From an uncultured virus (IMG/VR IMGVR_UViG_3300021087_000006) (Duplodnaviria > Heunggongvirae > Uroviricota > Caudoviricetes): DNA of 64,000 nucleotides. How positions within the stretch are numbered: the stretch's first letter is position 1; the number at the start of each line of letters is the position of its first letter. The notes under the pieces are model-generated. The model was given only the letters and a program-made list of their open reading frames with translations, was not told where the DNA came from and searched no databases. Below are positions 18,761 through 27,862 of this stretch, in pieces. The translations under genes and the position numbers were made by a program. The stretch is from the IMG/VR virus record IMGVR_UViG_3300021087_000006, one strand, 5' to 3'.

Positions 18761-19014
18761 TTTATAACCATTTTGTTGTTTTTAACTAACCAATTAATAG
18801 TGTTAAAAGCCAGTACCCTAGCAATCCTTTCACGGGTAGCATCTCCTCTAGATACTAGTCCTTGAACGGTTTCTTCTAAATCATCTTCTAACCATTTTTC
18901 AAGGGTTCCGAAGCAGTACAAGTTTGTTAGTTCGTCTTCTATTTCTTGAAGCAGTTCCCAGTCGCTATTTTTGAAGTTAGCTACGTCGTAAGCTTTGTCG
19001 TTACTTTTGATCAT
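18757..19014 (-). CDS. Hypothetical protein (lone minus-strand gene)
   Basis: AGGAAGG RBS on the minus strand; fills an intergenic gap. Confidence 0.6.
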   Translation of the reverse strand: MIKSNDKAYDVANFKNSDWELLQEIEDELTNLYCFGTLEKWLEDDLEETVQGLVSRGDATRERIARVLAFNTINWLVKNNKMVIN

Positions 19015-19109
19015 TTAAATACCTTCCTTAGTTTTGTAAGTGTGTATAATGGTACTTGCTGTCCAATCGGATAGCAAACACTATTCCCTATTAAAGGATA
19101 TTCATATAT

Positions 19110-19316
19110 ATGTTCAATAAGGACTTATTTGAAAGAGTAGCTTCTACCTTCGGGCAGGCTGCAATAGGCGCTGTAGGTACCAACTCAATGTTGGATCTAG
19201 GCGTTGACCAATGGAAGATGGTACTTTCAGCCGGAGTTGCTGCGGCACTCAGCGTATTGAAAGGTGCCCTTGCATCAAAGGTTGGTACTAAAGGTACCGC
19301 TTCACTAGCCGACTAA
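19110..19316 (+). CDS. Holin (r1t-like)
   Basis: ERVASTFGQA...W..VLSAGVAAALSVLK; two TM segments, 68 aa. Confidence 0.75.
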   Translation: MFNKDLFERVASTFGQAAIGAVGTNSMLDLGVDQWKMVLSAGVAAALSVLKGALASKVGTKGTASLAD

Positions 19317-19390
19317 CTATTATCGGCCACACGAAGACTTCGGTTGGTGTATAATTATACCTGTTCGTAGTCTAAACTCGGGTGTGATTT

Positions 19391-21049
19391 ATGGCAGTTG
19401 ATTTCTGGTCTCCCTCTTACAGGGCTTCAGCCAGTGACCTTACTGTTGCTATATCGCCACTTGGTCTAGTTGAACTAGCCGACGAGGAATTTGAGGTCCA
19501 CGGTCCACGTCTGAATAGATATTCAGCAGCGTGGGCGTGGTACCTTGGACACCATTGGGCATACCGCCGAGAGTTTGGCGAGTCCCAATTCTACTTGAAC
19601 TATGTTCGTACAATGTCAGACTACATTACGAACTTTTGCTTTGGTAAAAGCGTACAATTCCGCACCCCAGAGCAGAACAACGCCATCATCCCTCACCTAC
19701 TTAATAAAGTTTGGGAACAACATAATAATAAAGAACACACGTTGTGGGAGATGGGTCAATTAGCTTCAGTAACGGGCGATTGCTTTGTTAAGATCGCTTA
19801 CGAAGAGCCATATGTTGATCCTATTGGCATACCTATCGCAGGAAAGATTCGTGTTCTACCACTTAATCCTGCTCACTGTTTCCCTGAGTACCACCCACAC
19901 GACAGGTCTAGACTTCTACGTTTTAAGTTGAAGTACAGGTTCTGGGGTACTGCCTCTGAAGGCACCCGTCAGGTTTATACTTTCACTGAGATAATTACCG
20001 ATGACACTGTGGAGCAGTACATCAACGACGAGTTGGTGGACTCCTACCCCAATGCCATCGGTCATATTCCAGTTGTCCACATCCCCAATACGACGATATC
20101 TTCGTCGCCATGGGGACAGAGTGACATCTGGGACATCATTCCCTTGAATAGGGAACTCAATGAAAAGATGGCTGAAGTTTCAGACATCATAAACTACCAT
20201 GCCGCACCAGTAACAATCATTACTGGCGCAAAGGCCAGCCAATTAGAGCGTGGTCCTAAAAAGGTGTGGGCTGGGCTGCCTAAAGACAGCAACGTCTTTA
20301 ACCTTGAATCTCGAGGAGAAATGGCTGGTGCCCTTGAATATATTCAACATATCAAACGCACCATGCACGAGGTAACAGGCGTACCGGAAACCGCCCTTGG
20401 GCAGACCCAGCCTATTTCAAACACTAGCGGTGTTGCTTTGGCTATACAATATCAACCAATGATGAACCGCTACACCATGAAAAAGGTACACTTCTCAAGA
20501 GGCTTGGAGAGGATAAACGAAGTAATTATACGGACAGCGGCTGTATTTGAACCGCAGTTGTTGGTTTACAACGCCGCTGTGGCAGAGATGCCTGAAAAAG
20601 ATAATGCTATTGAGTTAGATCCAGCCGACCCACTTACATACCAAACTACGGTTCACTGGCCAGATCCATTACCAGTAGACGTACTAATTAAACTTAATGA
20701 GATTCAGGCCAAGTTAGCTCTTGGCTTAGAGTCCAAACGTGGTGCCCTCCAGATTCTTGGTGAGGAGTTCCCGAATGAGAAGATGGCCGAAGTATTTGAA
20801 GAGATGATGGATGATGCTCTAGATACAGGGTCACTTGAGATGTTTAATGCACAAATGCAGCAAGCAATTTTCGCAGCTACTGGAATGCTACCCCCAGAGG
20901 GAGCTAATCCAGCCAGCGGTGAGTCAGGTGGGGAAGGGGGTGTCCTTCCGGGCACTACTCCCCCAGTTGACGACGCAATGTTAGATAAATTGATACAACG
21001 GGCATACGGAGCTAGGTTCGCCCAGCGCCGTGTTCCTTCAGAAGATTAA
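19391..21049 (+). CDS. Portal protein (SPP1 gp6-like)
   Basis: GDCFVK, IPVVHIPN, GQSDI, SNTSGVAL, VHWPDPLP; position between TerL and scaffold. Confidence 0.88.
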   Translation: MAVDFWSPSYRASASDLTVAISPLGLVELADEEFEVHGPRLNRYSAAWAWYLGHHWAYRREFGESQFYLNYVRTMSDYITNFCFGKSVQFRTPEQNNAIIPHLLNKVWEQHNNKEHTLWEMGQLASVTGDCFVKIAYEEPYVDPIGIPIAGKIRVLPLNPAHCFPEYHPHDRSRLLRFKLKYRFWGTASEGTRQVYTFTEIITDDTVEQYINDELVDSYPNAIGHIPVVHIPNTTISSSPWGQSDIWDIIPLNRELNEKMAEVSDIINYHAAPVTIITGAKASQLERGPKKVWAGLPKDSNVFNLESRGEMAGALEYIQHIKRTMHEVTGVPETALGQTQPISNTSGVALAIQYQPMMNRYTMKKVHFSRGLERINEVIIRTAAVFEPQLLVYNAAVAEMPEKDNAIELDPADPLTYQTTVHWPDPLPVDVLIKLNEIQAKLALGLESKRGALQILGEEFPNEKMAEVFEEMMDDALDTGSLEMFNAQMQQAIFAATGMLPPEGANPASGESGGEGGVLPGTTPPVDDAMLDKLIQRAYGARFAQRRVPSED

Positions 21050-21103
21050 ATAAACGTAGTATTACCATAGTCATTATTAGCAAAATTAGATAAGGAAATA
21101 TTG

Positions 21104-21928
21104 ATGGCAGAAACACAGGCGGAGACTGCTCCGTCCGAAACCGTAGTATTGCCTCCTTCTCAGGAGGTTACCGATAACTCTGAAGTCACAGAGACAGCGT
21201 TTGCAGTGGGTACTGAAGAGGCCGCACAAGCACGCACGTTTTCTGAAGGTGACGTAGAGAAGATTAGACAGCAAGAAAAAGACAAGCTATACAAACGTCT
21301 TGAAGATTCTGATGGTCGAGTAAAAACACTTGAAGAACAACTGTCTGTACTAAATAACGAAAGTGAAGAGACTAAAGCCGAAGCCGCAAGGCTCGCTAAA
21401 GCTGAATCTGATGCTTTACGCAAGCGTGAAGAAGAAGAACTCAGCGCAAAAGAACTGCTCACTAAGAGAGAAACAGAGTTTGACTCAAAGCTCAAACACG
21501 TTGAAACTGAGTGGGAACAGCGCATTGCCAAGATCGAGGAAGAGCGTGCTCTTCAAGACGAGATGTTGGAAAAAGAACGGAGAGTGCGCGAATTGGAGGT
21601 TTACCTTCAACGCCGTTCAACAGAAGAAGAGGAATTTATTATTCCTGAACTTCGAGATCTTATCTCTGGATCGTCAGAAGATGAGATAGAACAATCTATT
21701 GGGATACTTAAAGATCGCAGTAGTGCTATACTGGAATCAATCCAGCAATCTACTCAACCGAGTGGGTTGCGGGGGTCGCCGGTAACGGCTCCCCCGGTTG
21801 GGCCAATGGAAACTCAGGAGTCGCAGCAAACGTTATCCGCGGAGGACATCCGCGATATGCCGATGGAACAGTACATGCAAATGAGAGACAGGCTCTTGAA
21901 AGCGCGACCCTCACAAGGTCGTTTTTAA
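21104..21928 (+). CDS. Capsid scaffolding protein
   Basis: Acidic coiled coil directly upstream of the major capsid protein gene. Confidence 0.7.
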   Translation: MAETQAETAPSETVVLPPSQEVTDNSEVTETAFAVGTEEAAQARTFSEGDVEKIRQQEKDKLYKRLEDSDGRVKTLEEQLSVLNNESEETKAEAARLAKAESDALRKREEEELSAKELLTKRETEFDSKLKHVETEWEQRIAKIEEERALQDEMLEKERRVRELEVYLQRRSTEEEEFIIPELRDLISGSSEDEIEQSIGILKDRSSAILESIQQSTQPSGLRGSPVTAPPVGPMETQESQQTLSAEDIRDMPMEQYMQMRDRLLKARPSQGRF

Positions 21929-21976
21929 ATAACAACATAAACCTATAGTTTACAAACTAACGGAGGAAATTAACCT

Positions 21977-22765
21977 ATGGCCCTGCCAGCACCTTCGGGT
22001 GGCTCGATAACTACGGCTGCGGACCAGTCGTCGCTAACGGGTTACTCGTCAGATACGGCACTGACTCCCGCGATACAGACTATTTGGAGCAAGGAAATCT
22101 TGTTCCAAGCTATGCCTGTTTTGCGGTTTGAACAGTTTGCCGTCAAGAAAACAGAACTCGGCGTTATGCCGGGTCTCACTGTTAATTTCATGCGCTATAC
22201 CAACTTAAGTGTGGATCAGGATTCTGGTGCAACACTTACTGAAGGTACTCGTATGGAACCAACAGCACTATCTGCCAGCCAGATTCAGATTACTGTTTCT
22301 GAGCGTGGGCAGGCAATATCAGTTACTGAATTGCTACTCAATGCGTCTTTCGATGATGTTATGGCATCTTCGTCACGACTTCTAGGCCGTCATATGGCTC
22401 AGTCAATGGACATTGAAGCTCGTAACACCCTGTACAAGTCAGGTATTCCATTTGGTGGCGGTTCTGCAACCGCTCCGTCGATCACTTTTGGTCGCACCAA
22501 GCAGAGTGGCGCTCGCACCACAGTTTCACCATACGATGGTGGAACCATTGGTACTGCTGCTGCTCCCGGATATCTTTCACCAACTACCATCAAAGATGCG
22601 GTTGAAACTCTAGCTGCGGAGAACATTCCGAGACTAGGCGACACATACGTCTGTTTCGTTCACCCAAGCCAGAGCCGTTCTCTACGTGACTGGCCAGAAT
22701 TTATCGAAGTAACGAAGTACGCCGCACCCGGTAACTTCATGCTCGGTGAAATCGGCCCTTTATGA
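21977..22765 (+). CDS. Major capsid protein (N4-gp56-like), N-terminal part
   Basis: LTEG, YVCFVHPSQ..LRD.PEF, GEIG motifs; GGAGG RBS; stops at GEIG-P-L-TGA. Confidence 0.85.
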   Translation: MALPAPSGGSITTAADQSSLTGYSSDTALTPAIQTIWSKEILFQAMPVLRFEQFAVKKTELGVMPGLTVNFMRYTNLSVDQDSGATLTEGTRMEPTALSASQIQITVSERGQAISVTELLLNASFDDVMASSSRLLGRHMAQSMDIEARNTLYKSGIPFGGGSATAPSITFGRTKQSGARTTVSPYDGGTIGTAAAPGYLSPTTIKDAVETLAAENIPRLGDTYVCFVHPSQSRSLRDWPEFIEVTKYAAPGNFMLGEIGPL

Positions 22766-23081
22766 CGTGGTCTTCATTGAAACCACTCAAGTCACAAAGG
22801 GTCTTGATGGAACTGCCGCCGGTTCGGCCCTCTCAGCACTCACTGCGTTGGACACCGATGGTGCTTCTGGACTTCAGGAAAATGCCAACGCATACAACGC
22901 CATCATGATCGGTGACAACGCATTCGGACAAGCTATTGCTCTTCCGGTTGAGTTGCGTGACGGTGGCGTAATTGACTTCGGTCGTGAGCACGGCCTCGCA
23001 TGGTACGCCATCTGGGGATTCGGTGTGATCACAAACGAGTCACGCGTTATCATCAATACACTTGGTGGCGCAATAGCCTAG
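22746..23081 (+). CDS. Major capsid protein, C-terminal part in the +1 frame
   Basis: LYDVVFIETT...GDNAFG...DFGREHGLAWYAIWGFG continues the capsid fold; no separate RBS. Confidence 0.8.
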   Translation: MKSALYDVVFIETTQVTKGLDGTAAGSALSALTALDTDGASGLQENANAYNAIMIGDNAFGQAIALPVELRDGGVIDFGREHGLAWYAIWGFGVITNESRVIINTLGGAIA

Positions 23082-23101
23082 GCTTTTGCTACACTATAAT
23101 G

Positions 23102-23144
23102 TTGTGGGGGGCTAGGGCCTTCGTGCCCTGCCCCCCCACCACAA
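23102..23144 (+). terminator. GC-rich stem-loop after the capsid gene
   Basis: gtggggggc-tagggc-cttcgt-gccct-gcccccccac; no clear U-tract. Confidence 0.5.
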
Positions 23145-23165
23145 TTAACCTTAAGGGGATTTAAT

Positions 23166-23483
23166 ATGTCAGACGAAGAAACTACAGTCGAAGAGGCTCC
23201 GGCCGCTAAGGCTCCGGCAAAAAAGAAGGCTACACCAAAGAAGAAAGCTCCCGCAGTTGTGGAAGAAACCACAGCAGTTGAGGAGGTCGTAGAGGAAGCC
23301 GAAGTAGTGGAAGAAACCATTACTGTGGCTCCAGAGACCAAACGTGTCCGAGTTAAGGGCACATGGCGTATGTATTTTAACGGACAGCCTTGGGACTTTA
23401 CAGATGGAGAGTACTACGAGTTACCTCTTGACCTTTACGGATACCTTCGTGGGAGTGGGAACATCTACGACACCATGGCATGA
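23166..23483 (+). CDS. Hypothetical head-associated protein
   Basis: A/K/E-rich N-terminus, small globular C-terminus. Confidence 0.7.
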   Translation: MSDEETTVEEAPAAKAPAKKKATPKKKAPAVVEETTAVEEVVEEAEVVEETITVAPETKRVRVKGTWRMYFNGQPWDFTDGEYYELPLDLYGYLRGSGNIYDTMA

Positions 23484-23491
23484 GGTAGGTA

Positions 23492-25111
23492 ATGGCCGAC
23501 GGCTTTCTAATTCCAAATAGGCCAGATACTGGCTACTCAGCAGACCAAACAGAACCAGACAAGGGTGACTTTCAAGCTCTTGGCTATCAAAAATCAGGTA
23601 TTTTGTCTGGTGGTGCTGTCACACGAAGTAACGTTCGTGAAGTATCAATAACCGAAACCAAAGGATGGTTAAACGGTAATTTCTTTACGGCTTCTGCTGC
23701 AACTAAAAGCTTTTCTGCTCCTAGCACAAGCGCATCTAAGTTCATACTCATCGTAGTTAGATACTCCGGTGGGTCGTACGGTATTGAGGCGATTGAAGGC
23801 ACCAGTGGTAATACTGGAGAGAGCACCACAAATACTCGTTATCCCGATACTTTTGATCCAGCTACTGAGGTTTTGCTGGCAGCAATTTACATGAATGTTT
23901 CTGCCACTGATATCTCAGCTACGTCGCTTGTGGACAAGCGGGTTATGGTTATGCCACAAGCTAACCCAACCACCGTAACGTCCACACCGACATCGTCAGA
24001 CGGTAACATTGGGGAAATACGGATTGACTCAAGCATGACACCTTCTAGTGGGCAATCACGTATCTATGTAAAGACAGATGCAACCACATGGACCAACTTA
24101 GGTGATGCTAGTGGTGGTTCAGTCAACAGCGAAGATGTTCAAGATATAGTTGGCGCACAGCTAGTGACGAACGGATCACACAATGGCATAACCGCCGCCT
24201 ATGACGACGCTGGCGATGGGGCTATAGACTTAACTGTTACCGCATTGTCTTGGAATTTAACAGCGGCTGGTAGTACTGAGAATATCGGTAACAATGAAAC
24301 CATGGCAGTTAATGTCAGCAGTGACGCTGAAGTTTCTATTTCGCATAGTAACGGAACTATCACGATTAACGACGCGTGGCCTCGCATTAGAACCATGACT
24401 CATAACACACTGGGTAATACTAAGCCTGCCCACTACATCTACTCAGACCCATGGGGTCAAACCAGTCCCGGCTTTGGCGGCCCATCTGGAACGGGTCAGT
24501 TTATATATACACGACTACAGGTTGCTGATCTTAACCCGATGGTTAATAACACTCATGAGTGTGGCAACAGTTCATATAAGTGGAACTACTCATGGGTGCA
24601 TAACACATCCTACGCTTCCTCGTTTAGTGGTTGGTCTGACCGTAACTTGAAGAAGAACTTCGGGTCTGCACCCGGTTTGGCCTTTGTTAGGGGGCTTGCG
24701 CCTTTGTCCTTTACTTGGAAGGACCCTGATCTAGGGGACTCTTGGGGCTTCGTAGCACAGGACGTTGAGGCTCTGTGTGGCACACACTCACTGACCTCTG
24801 AGATCCTTGTGGACACTGTAGATGATGGAACTAAGTACTTGAATTACATGGCGCTACTTGCTCCGGTAGTTAATGCCGTGCAAGAGTTGGATGTAAGAAT
24901 AAGCAACGTTCAGGTGTCTGAAGGTCTAACAGTTTCAAATCTAGAAGAGCAGATAGCTGGAAGTAAAACCCAGTCACAATCTGCTGTGGATTACATAGAT
25001 GATTTTGATGCTAAACAACTTGCCAAACAGCCTCAAGTAGACCAAGACCGTGCGGATATCGCTGACTTAAAGACACGGGTAGCAGCATTAGAGGCCGCAG
25101 CTAGTGGCTGA
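23492..25111 (+). CDS. Fibre protein with C-terminal intramolecular chaperone (Peptidase S74)
   Basis: WSDRNLKKN...GFVAQDVE...LNYMALLAPVVNAVQELD plus coiled coil. Confidence 0.8.
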   Translation: MADGFLIPNRPDTGYSADQTEPDKGDFQALGYQKSGILSGGAVTRSNVREVSITETKGWLNGNFFTASAATKSFSAPSTSASKFILIVVRYSGGSYGIEAIEGTSGNTGESTTNTRYPDTFDPATEVLLAAIYMNVSATDISATSLVDKRVMVMPQANPTTVTSTPTSSDGNIGEIRIDSSMTPSSGQSRIYVKTDATTWTNLGDASGGSVNSEDVQDIVGAQLVTNGSHNGITAAYDDAGDGAIDLTVTALSWNLTAAGSTENIGNNETMAVNVSSDAEVSISHSNGTITINDAWPRIRTMTHNTLGNTKPAHYIYSDPWGQTSPGFGGPSGTGQFIYTRLQVADLNPMVNNTHECGNSSYKWNYSWVHNTSYASSFSGWSDRNLKKNFGSAPGLAFVRGLAPLSFTWKDPDLGDSWGFVAQDVEALCGTHSLTSEILVDTVDDGTKYLNYMALLAPVVNAVQELDVRISNVQVSEGLTVSNLEEQIAGSKTQSQSAVDYIDDFDAKQLAKQPQVDQDRADIADLKTRVAALEAAASG

Positions 25112-25253
25112 TCTCCCTAAACCAGACACGTCATACTCAGATATACATGTTCGGTTAGTTAGGAGAGTCATGCCGTGTCGTCAGAACCACCAGTTTCCAG
25201 CTATAAACCAACCCGGACAGGACACAGTACCCGGAACAGACTCAGCCAGTTAG
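25104..25253 (+). CDS. Small hypothetical protein (49 aa, not in ORF track)
   Basis: GTG start overlapping the upstream gene end; MADLPKPDTSYSDIHVRLVRRVMPCRQNHQFPAINQPGQDTVPGTDSAS*. Confidence 0.5.
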   Translation: MADLPKPDTSYSDIHVRLVRRVMPCRQNHQFPAINQPGQDTVPGTDSAS

Positions 25254-25268
25254 TAGTACAATAGAGAC

Positions 25269-26066
25269 ATGGCTGCCCAAACGGATATTGAAACTACAGC
25301 TAGGAATTACCTTAGGGACTTCCCTAAGTTCTTTCAATTAGATTTCGATGCCACTGGGCGCACTTTTGACTTAGGTCACTTAAACATAGATGCAACCAAA
25401 CTGTGGGTAGCAACATACACCAGTGGAACCACAACAGAACTCACTACTAGTCAGTACTCCATTGATGAACGCAATGGACTTATTAGATTGGCGGCTACAC
25501 AAAGCTCTGGAACTAAGCTACTTGTTGAGGGTTATTACTACGAATGGTTGCTTCCTGCCGATTTAACTTTCTACTCAAAGTTGGCACTGAACCAACACCT
25601 ACACACTTTGGATATGGATAAGGAACAACTATCCGGTGTTGTTAAGGATGTCATAGGTATTGACGCAATGATAGAAGCCCTATGGGGATTGATGACTGAG
25701 TACAGCAGAGACATTGACGTTACAACATCCGAAGCCGTACACATCCCAGCATCTCAGCGTTTTCGGATGATACAGCAACTGCTCACTTACTGGACTGATG
25801 AGTACGCAAAGAAAGCTAGGGCACTAAACATTGGTCTAGATCGTATTGAGGTGTTCAATCTTCGCCGCACTTCACGCACCACCAACCGATTGGTTCCAAT
25901 ACAGAAGTCAAGGGAGCTTGGAGAATACGGACCTATCGAAAGAATATACTCACCTATCGACGATGGCTCAATCACCATTGCAGAAGAGCAAGATGAGCTA
26001 CGTACGGATGTATTTATAGACGGCGATCCGCCTGAAGGGTATGTATCGGGCGTTAGGTACTTGTAA
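25269..26066 (+). CDS. Putative head-tail adaptor/neck protein
   Basis: Position between head and sheath genes; adaptor-like IPASQRFRMI motif. Confidence 0.55.
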   Translation: MAAQTDIETTARNYLRDFPKFFQLDFDATGRTFDLGHLNIDATKLWVATYTSGTTTELTTSQYSIDERNGLIRLAATQSSGTKLLVEGYYYEWLLPADLTFYSKLALNQHLHTLDMDKEQLSGVVKDVIGIDAMIEALWGLMTEYSRDIDVTTSEAVHIPASQRFRMIQQLLTYWTDEYAKKARALNIGLDRIEVFNLRRTSRTTNRLVPIQKSRELGEYGPIERIYSPIDDGSITIAEEQDELRTDVFIDGDPPEGYVSGVRYL

Positions 26067-26602
26067 TGGTAGACGTGCGACGAGAAGCAGAGCACGTCTG
26101 GGAAAACTACAGACGATACGCTAGAGACACTGGTGAAACTGTAGTTTGGTATGAGCTACAACCTTTTGGAGCAACAGCGTCTACAGATAGTTTGTACGAC
26201 GACGTTTATGACGAGGGCTTGTCATCTACTGGGGGGTTACGCTACCAAGACGGTATTGTTGTCCCAGTACTACAGATAAATGAGGTTGAGGATACTAAGC
26301 GTGCACAGGCCGATGGTCGATTAGTGGTCCAAACCATTACTGGAGTTAGTTCTATTAAAGACTTCCGAGATGCTGGCATTAGTAACGTATCAGAATATAG
26401 AACACACTTAAATGACATGTTCTTCTATGACGGTAGGTACTACTCTGTCACAGGTTATCGTGTTAGAGGAAGGGCCAAGGACGATATCATTCTTACCTTT
26501 GAGGGTATTGAGAAATATGTAGATCAGGAGTTATCATTTGACCCCGGTCCTACGCGTGTAACCACTAACGACTACGCTTGGCCCACAACTCTACCCTCCT
26601 AA
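26066..26602 (+). CDS. Putative head closure/neck protein
   Basis: Position; D.FFYDGRYYSV beta motif. Confidence 0.5.
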   Translation: MVDVRREAEHVWENYRRYARDTGETVVWYELQPFGATASTDSLYDDVYDEGLSSTGGLRYQDGIVVPVLQINEVEDTKRAQADGRLVVQTITGVSSIKDFRDAGISNVSEYRTHLNDMFFYDGRYYSVTGYRVRGRAKDDIILTFEGIEKYVDQELSFDPGPTRVTTNDYAWPTTLPS

Positions 26603-26675
26603 TTGGTGTATCATAGTACTAGATTCTAACGAGCGTTAGTGTCTCTCAGTTGCCCAGAATACGTTAGGAGAACGT

Positions 26676-27122
26676 GTGGATCAGTATTATTTTACGTCTA
26701 CGTATTCAGAAGCACCAGAAATTCCCGGTGAAGGGGGCTTACTATCAGGGCTTCCTGCGGTTATTGACTACGCTGACACTTTAGTCAAATCTTTTCCACA
26801 GATACTGACTGAGTCAGTTAATGCAGTACTACAGGAACACGTAGAGGACTCTAGAGAACGCCTAGACAGACAAGAAGAGTACAGCGGAATGTCCCAGTAC
26901 TACGATGTTGTGCAGGGAGAATCACCTGAAGAGTTCCATTTTGGTTTTGACCACATGCCCGACCATCTTAAAGAACGAGCAAATGCGTTGGAATTTGGGG
27001 ATGCTTTCAATCCACCACGAGCATTTGTTCGACGTAATGTTTTTAAAAAAGTAGATGAGTTAGGAAACAAGATAAGTAAAAAGGTAAACCACCGTTTGGG
27101 AGAGAGTTCTCTCGATGCCTAA
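26676..27122 (+). CDS. Putative neck/tail completion protein
   Basis: ALEFGD...PPRAFVR resembles HK97-gp10-like proteins. Confidence 0.5.
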   Translation: MDQYYFTSTYSEAPEIPGEGGLLSGLPAVIDYADTLVKSFPQILTESVNAVLQEHVEDSRERLDRQEEYSGMSQYYDVVQGESPEEFHFGFDHMPDHLKERANALEFGDAFNPPRAFVRRNVFKKVDELGNKISKKVNHRLGESSLDA

Positions 27123-27831
27123 TCGTGCCGGATTCCTACTTGCTGAAGACCAAGCCCTTAAAGAAAAGTTTTCGGGGATTCAATTAGTTGACGATAGGGA
27201 CACCACCAGAGATGTGGGTGTGTTCTTTCGGTATCCAGAAGGAGAGACTGAAAAGAAGTTCCCGTTTATAACATTAGAATTGTTGGACATAAACCATGCC
27301 ACCAATAGACAACACTCAGACCAGTTCACGTATGCCTTCACGGGCACAGCCCCGGCAGGACAGTCGTCAGGACACTACTCCACTGATAATGAACCTGACA
27401 CTCTTACGTACTGGCCTAATACCACAACCGATATTTCGACGTTGACCCCTCAAGGGCCAGCGTCAAACCCATTCGTAAGTGCTTTGGAGCACGTTCCAGT
27501 TGACTTGTTATATCAAGTAACAACTTTTACTCGCTCTGCACTACACGACCGTGCTCTGCAATCCCATATCTTGACAAAGGTTGCTCCGTTTAGGCGGGGC
27601 TACCTAAATGTAGGTATTGATGATACTCAACGCCACATGGATTTGATGGATTGGCGAAGTGCAGACATGCTAGATGAAGAAGCCGGATTCAAAAAGAGGA
27701 TATTCAGAAAGGTTTATACCCTTTCTGTTACATCAGAGATACCTTCAACACTATTAGTGTCGATAGGGCAAGTCACAACTCAGTCAGAAATTATATTCAA
27801 GGACAAGCTCAATCTGGATGTTTTGTCATGA
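27115..27831 (+). CDS. Putative tail terminator protein
   Basis: FPFITLE...VDLLYQVT; directly precedes the sheath gene. Confidence 0.55.
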   Translation: MPNRAGFLLAEDQALKEKFSGIQLVDDRDTTRDVGVFFRYPEGETEKKFPFITLELLDINHATNRQHSDQFTYAFTGTAPAGQSSGHYSTDNEPDTLTYWPNTTTDISTLTPQGPASNPFVSALEHVPVDLLYQVTTFTRSALHDRALQSHILTKVAPFRRGYLNVGIDDTQRHMDLMDWRSADMLDEEAGFKKRIFRKVYTLSVTSEIPSTLLVSIGQVTTQSEIIFKDKLNLDVLS

Positions 27832-27862
27832 AATTCGTAACCCACCGTAAGGAGAAAATGTA

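Noticed and set aside
22763..22765. TGA readthrough or stop-codon reassignment in the capsid gene
   Set aside because: The continuation is in a different frame, and other genes end normally at TGA/TAG/TAA with dense standard-code ORFs.
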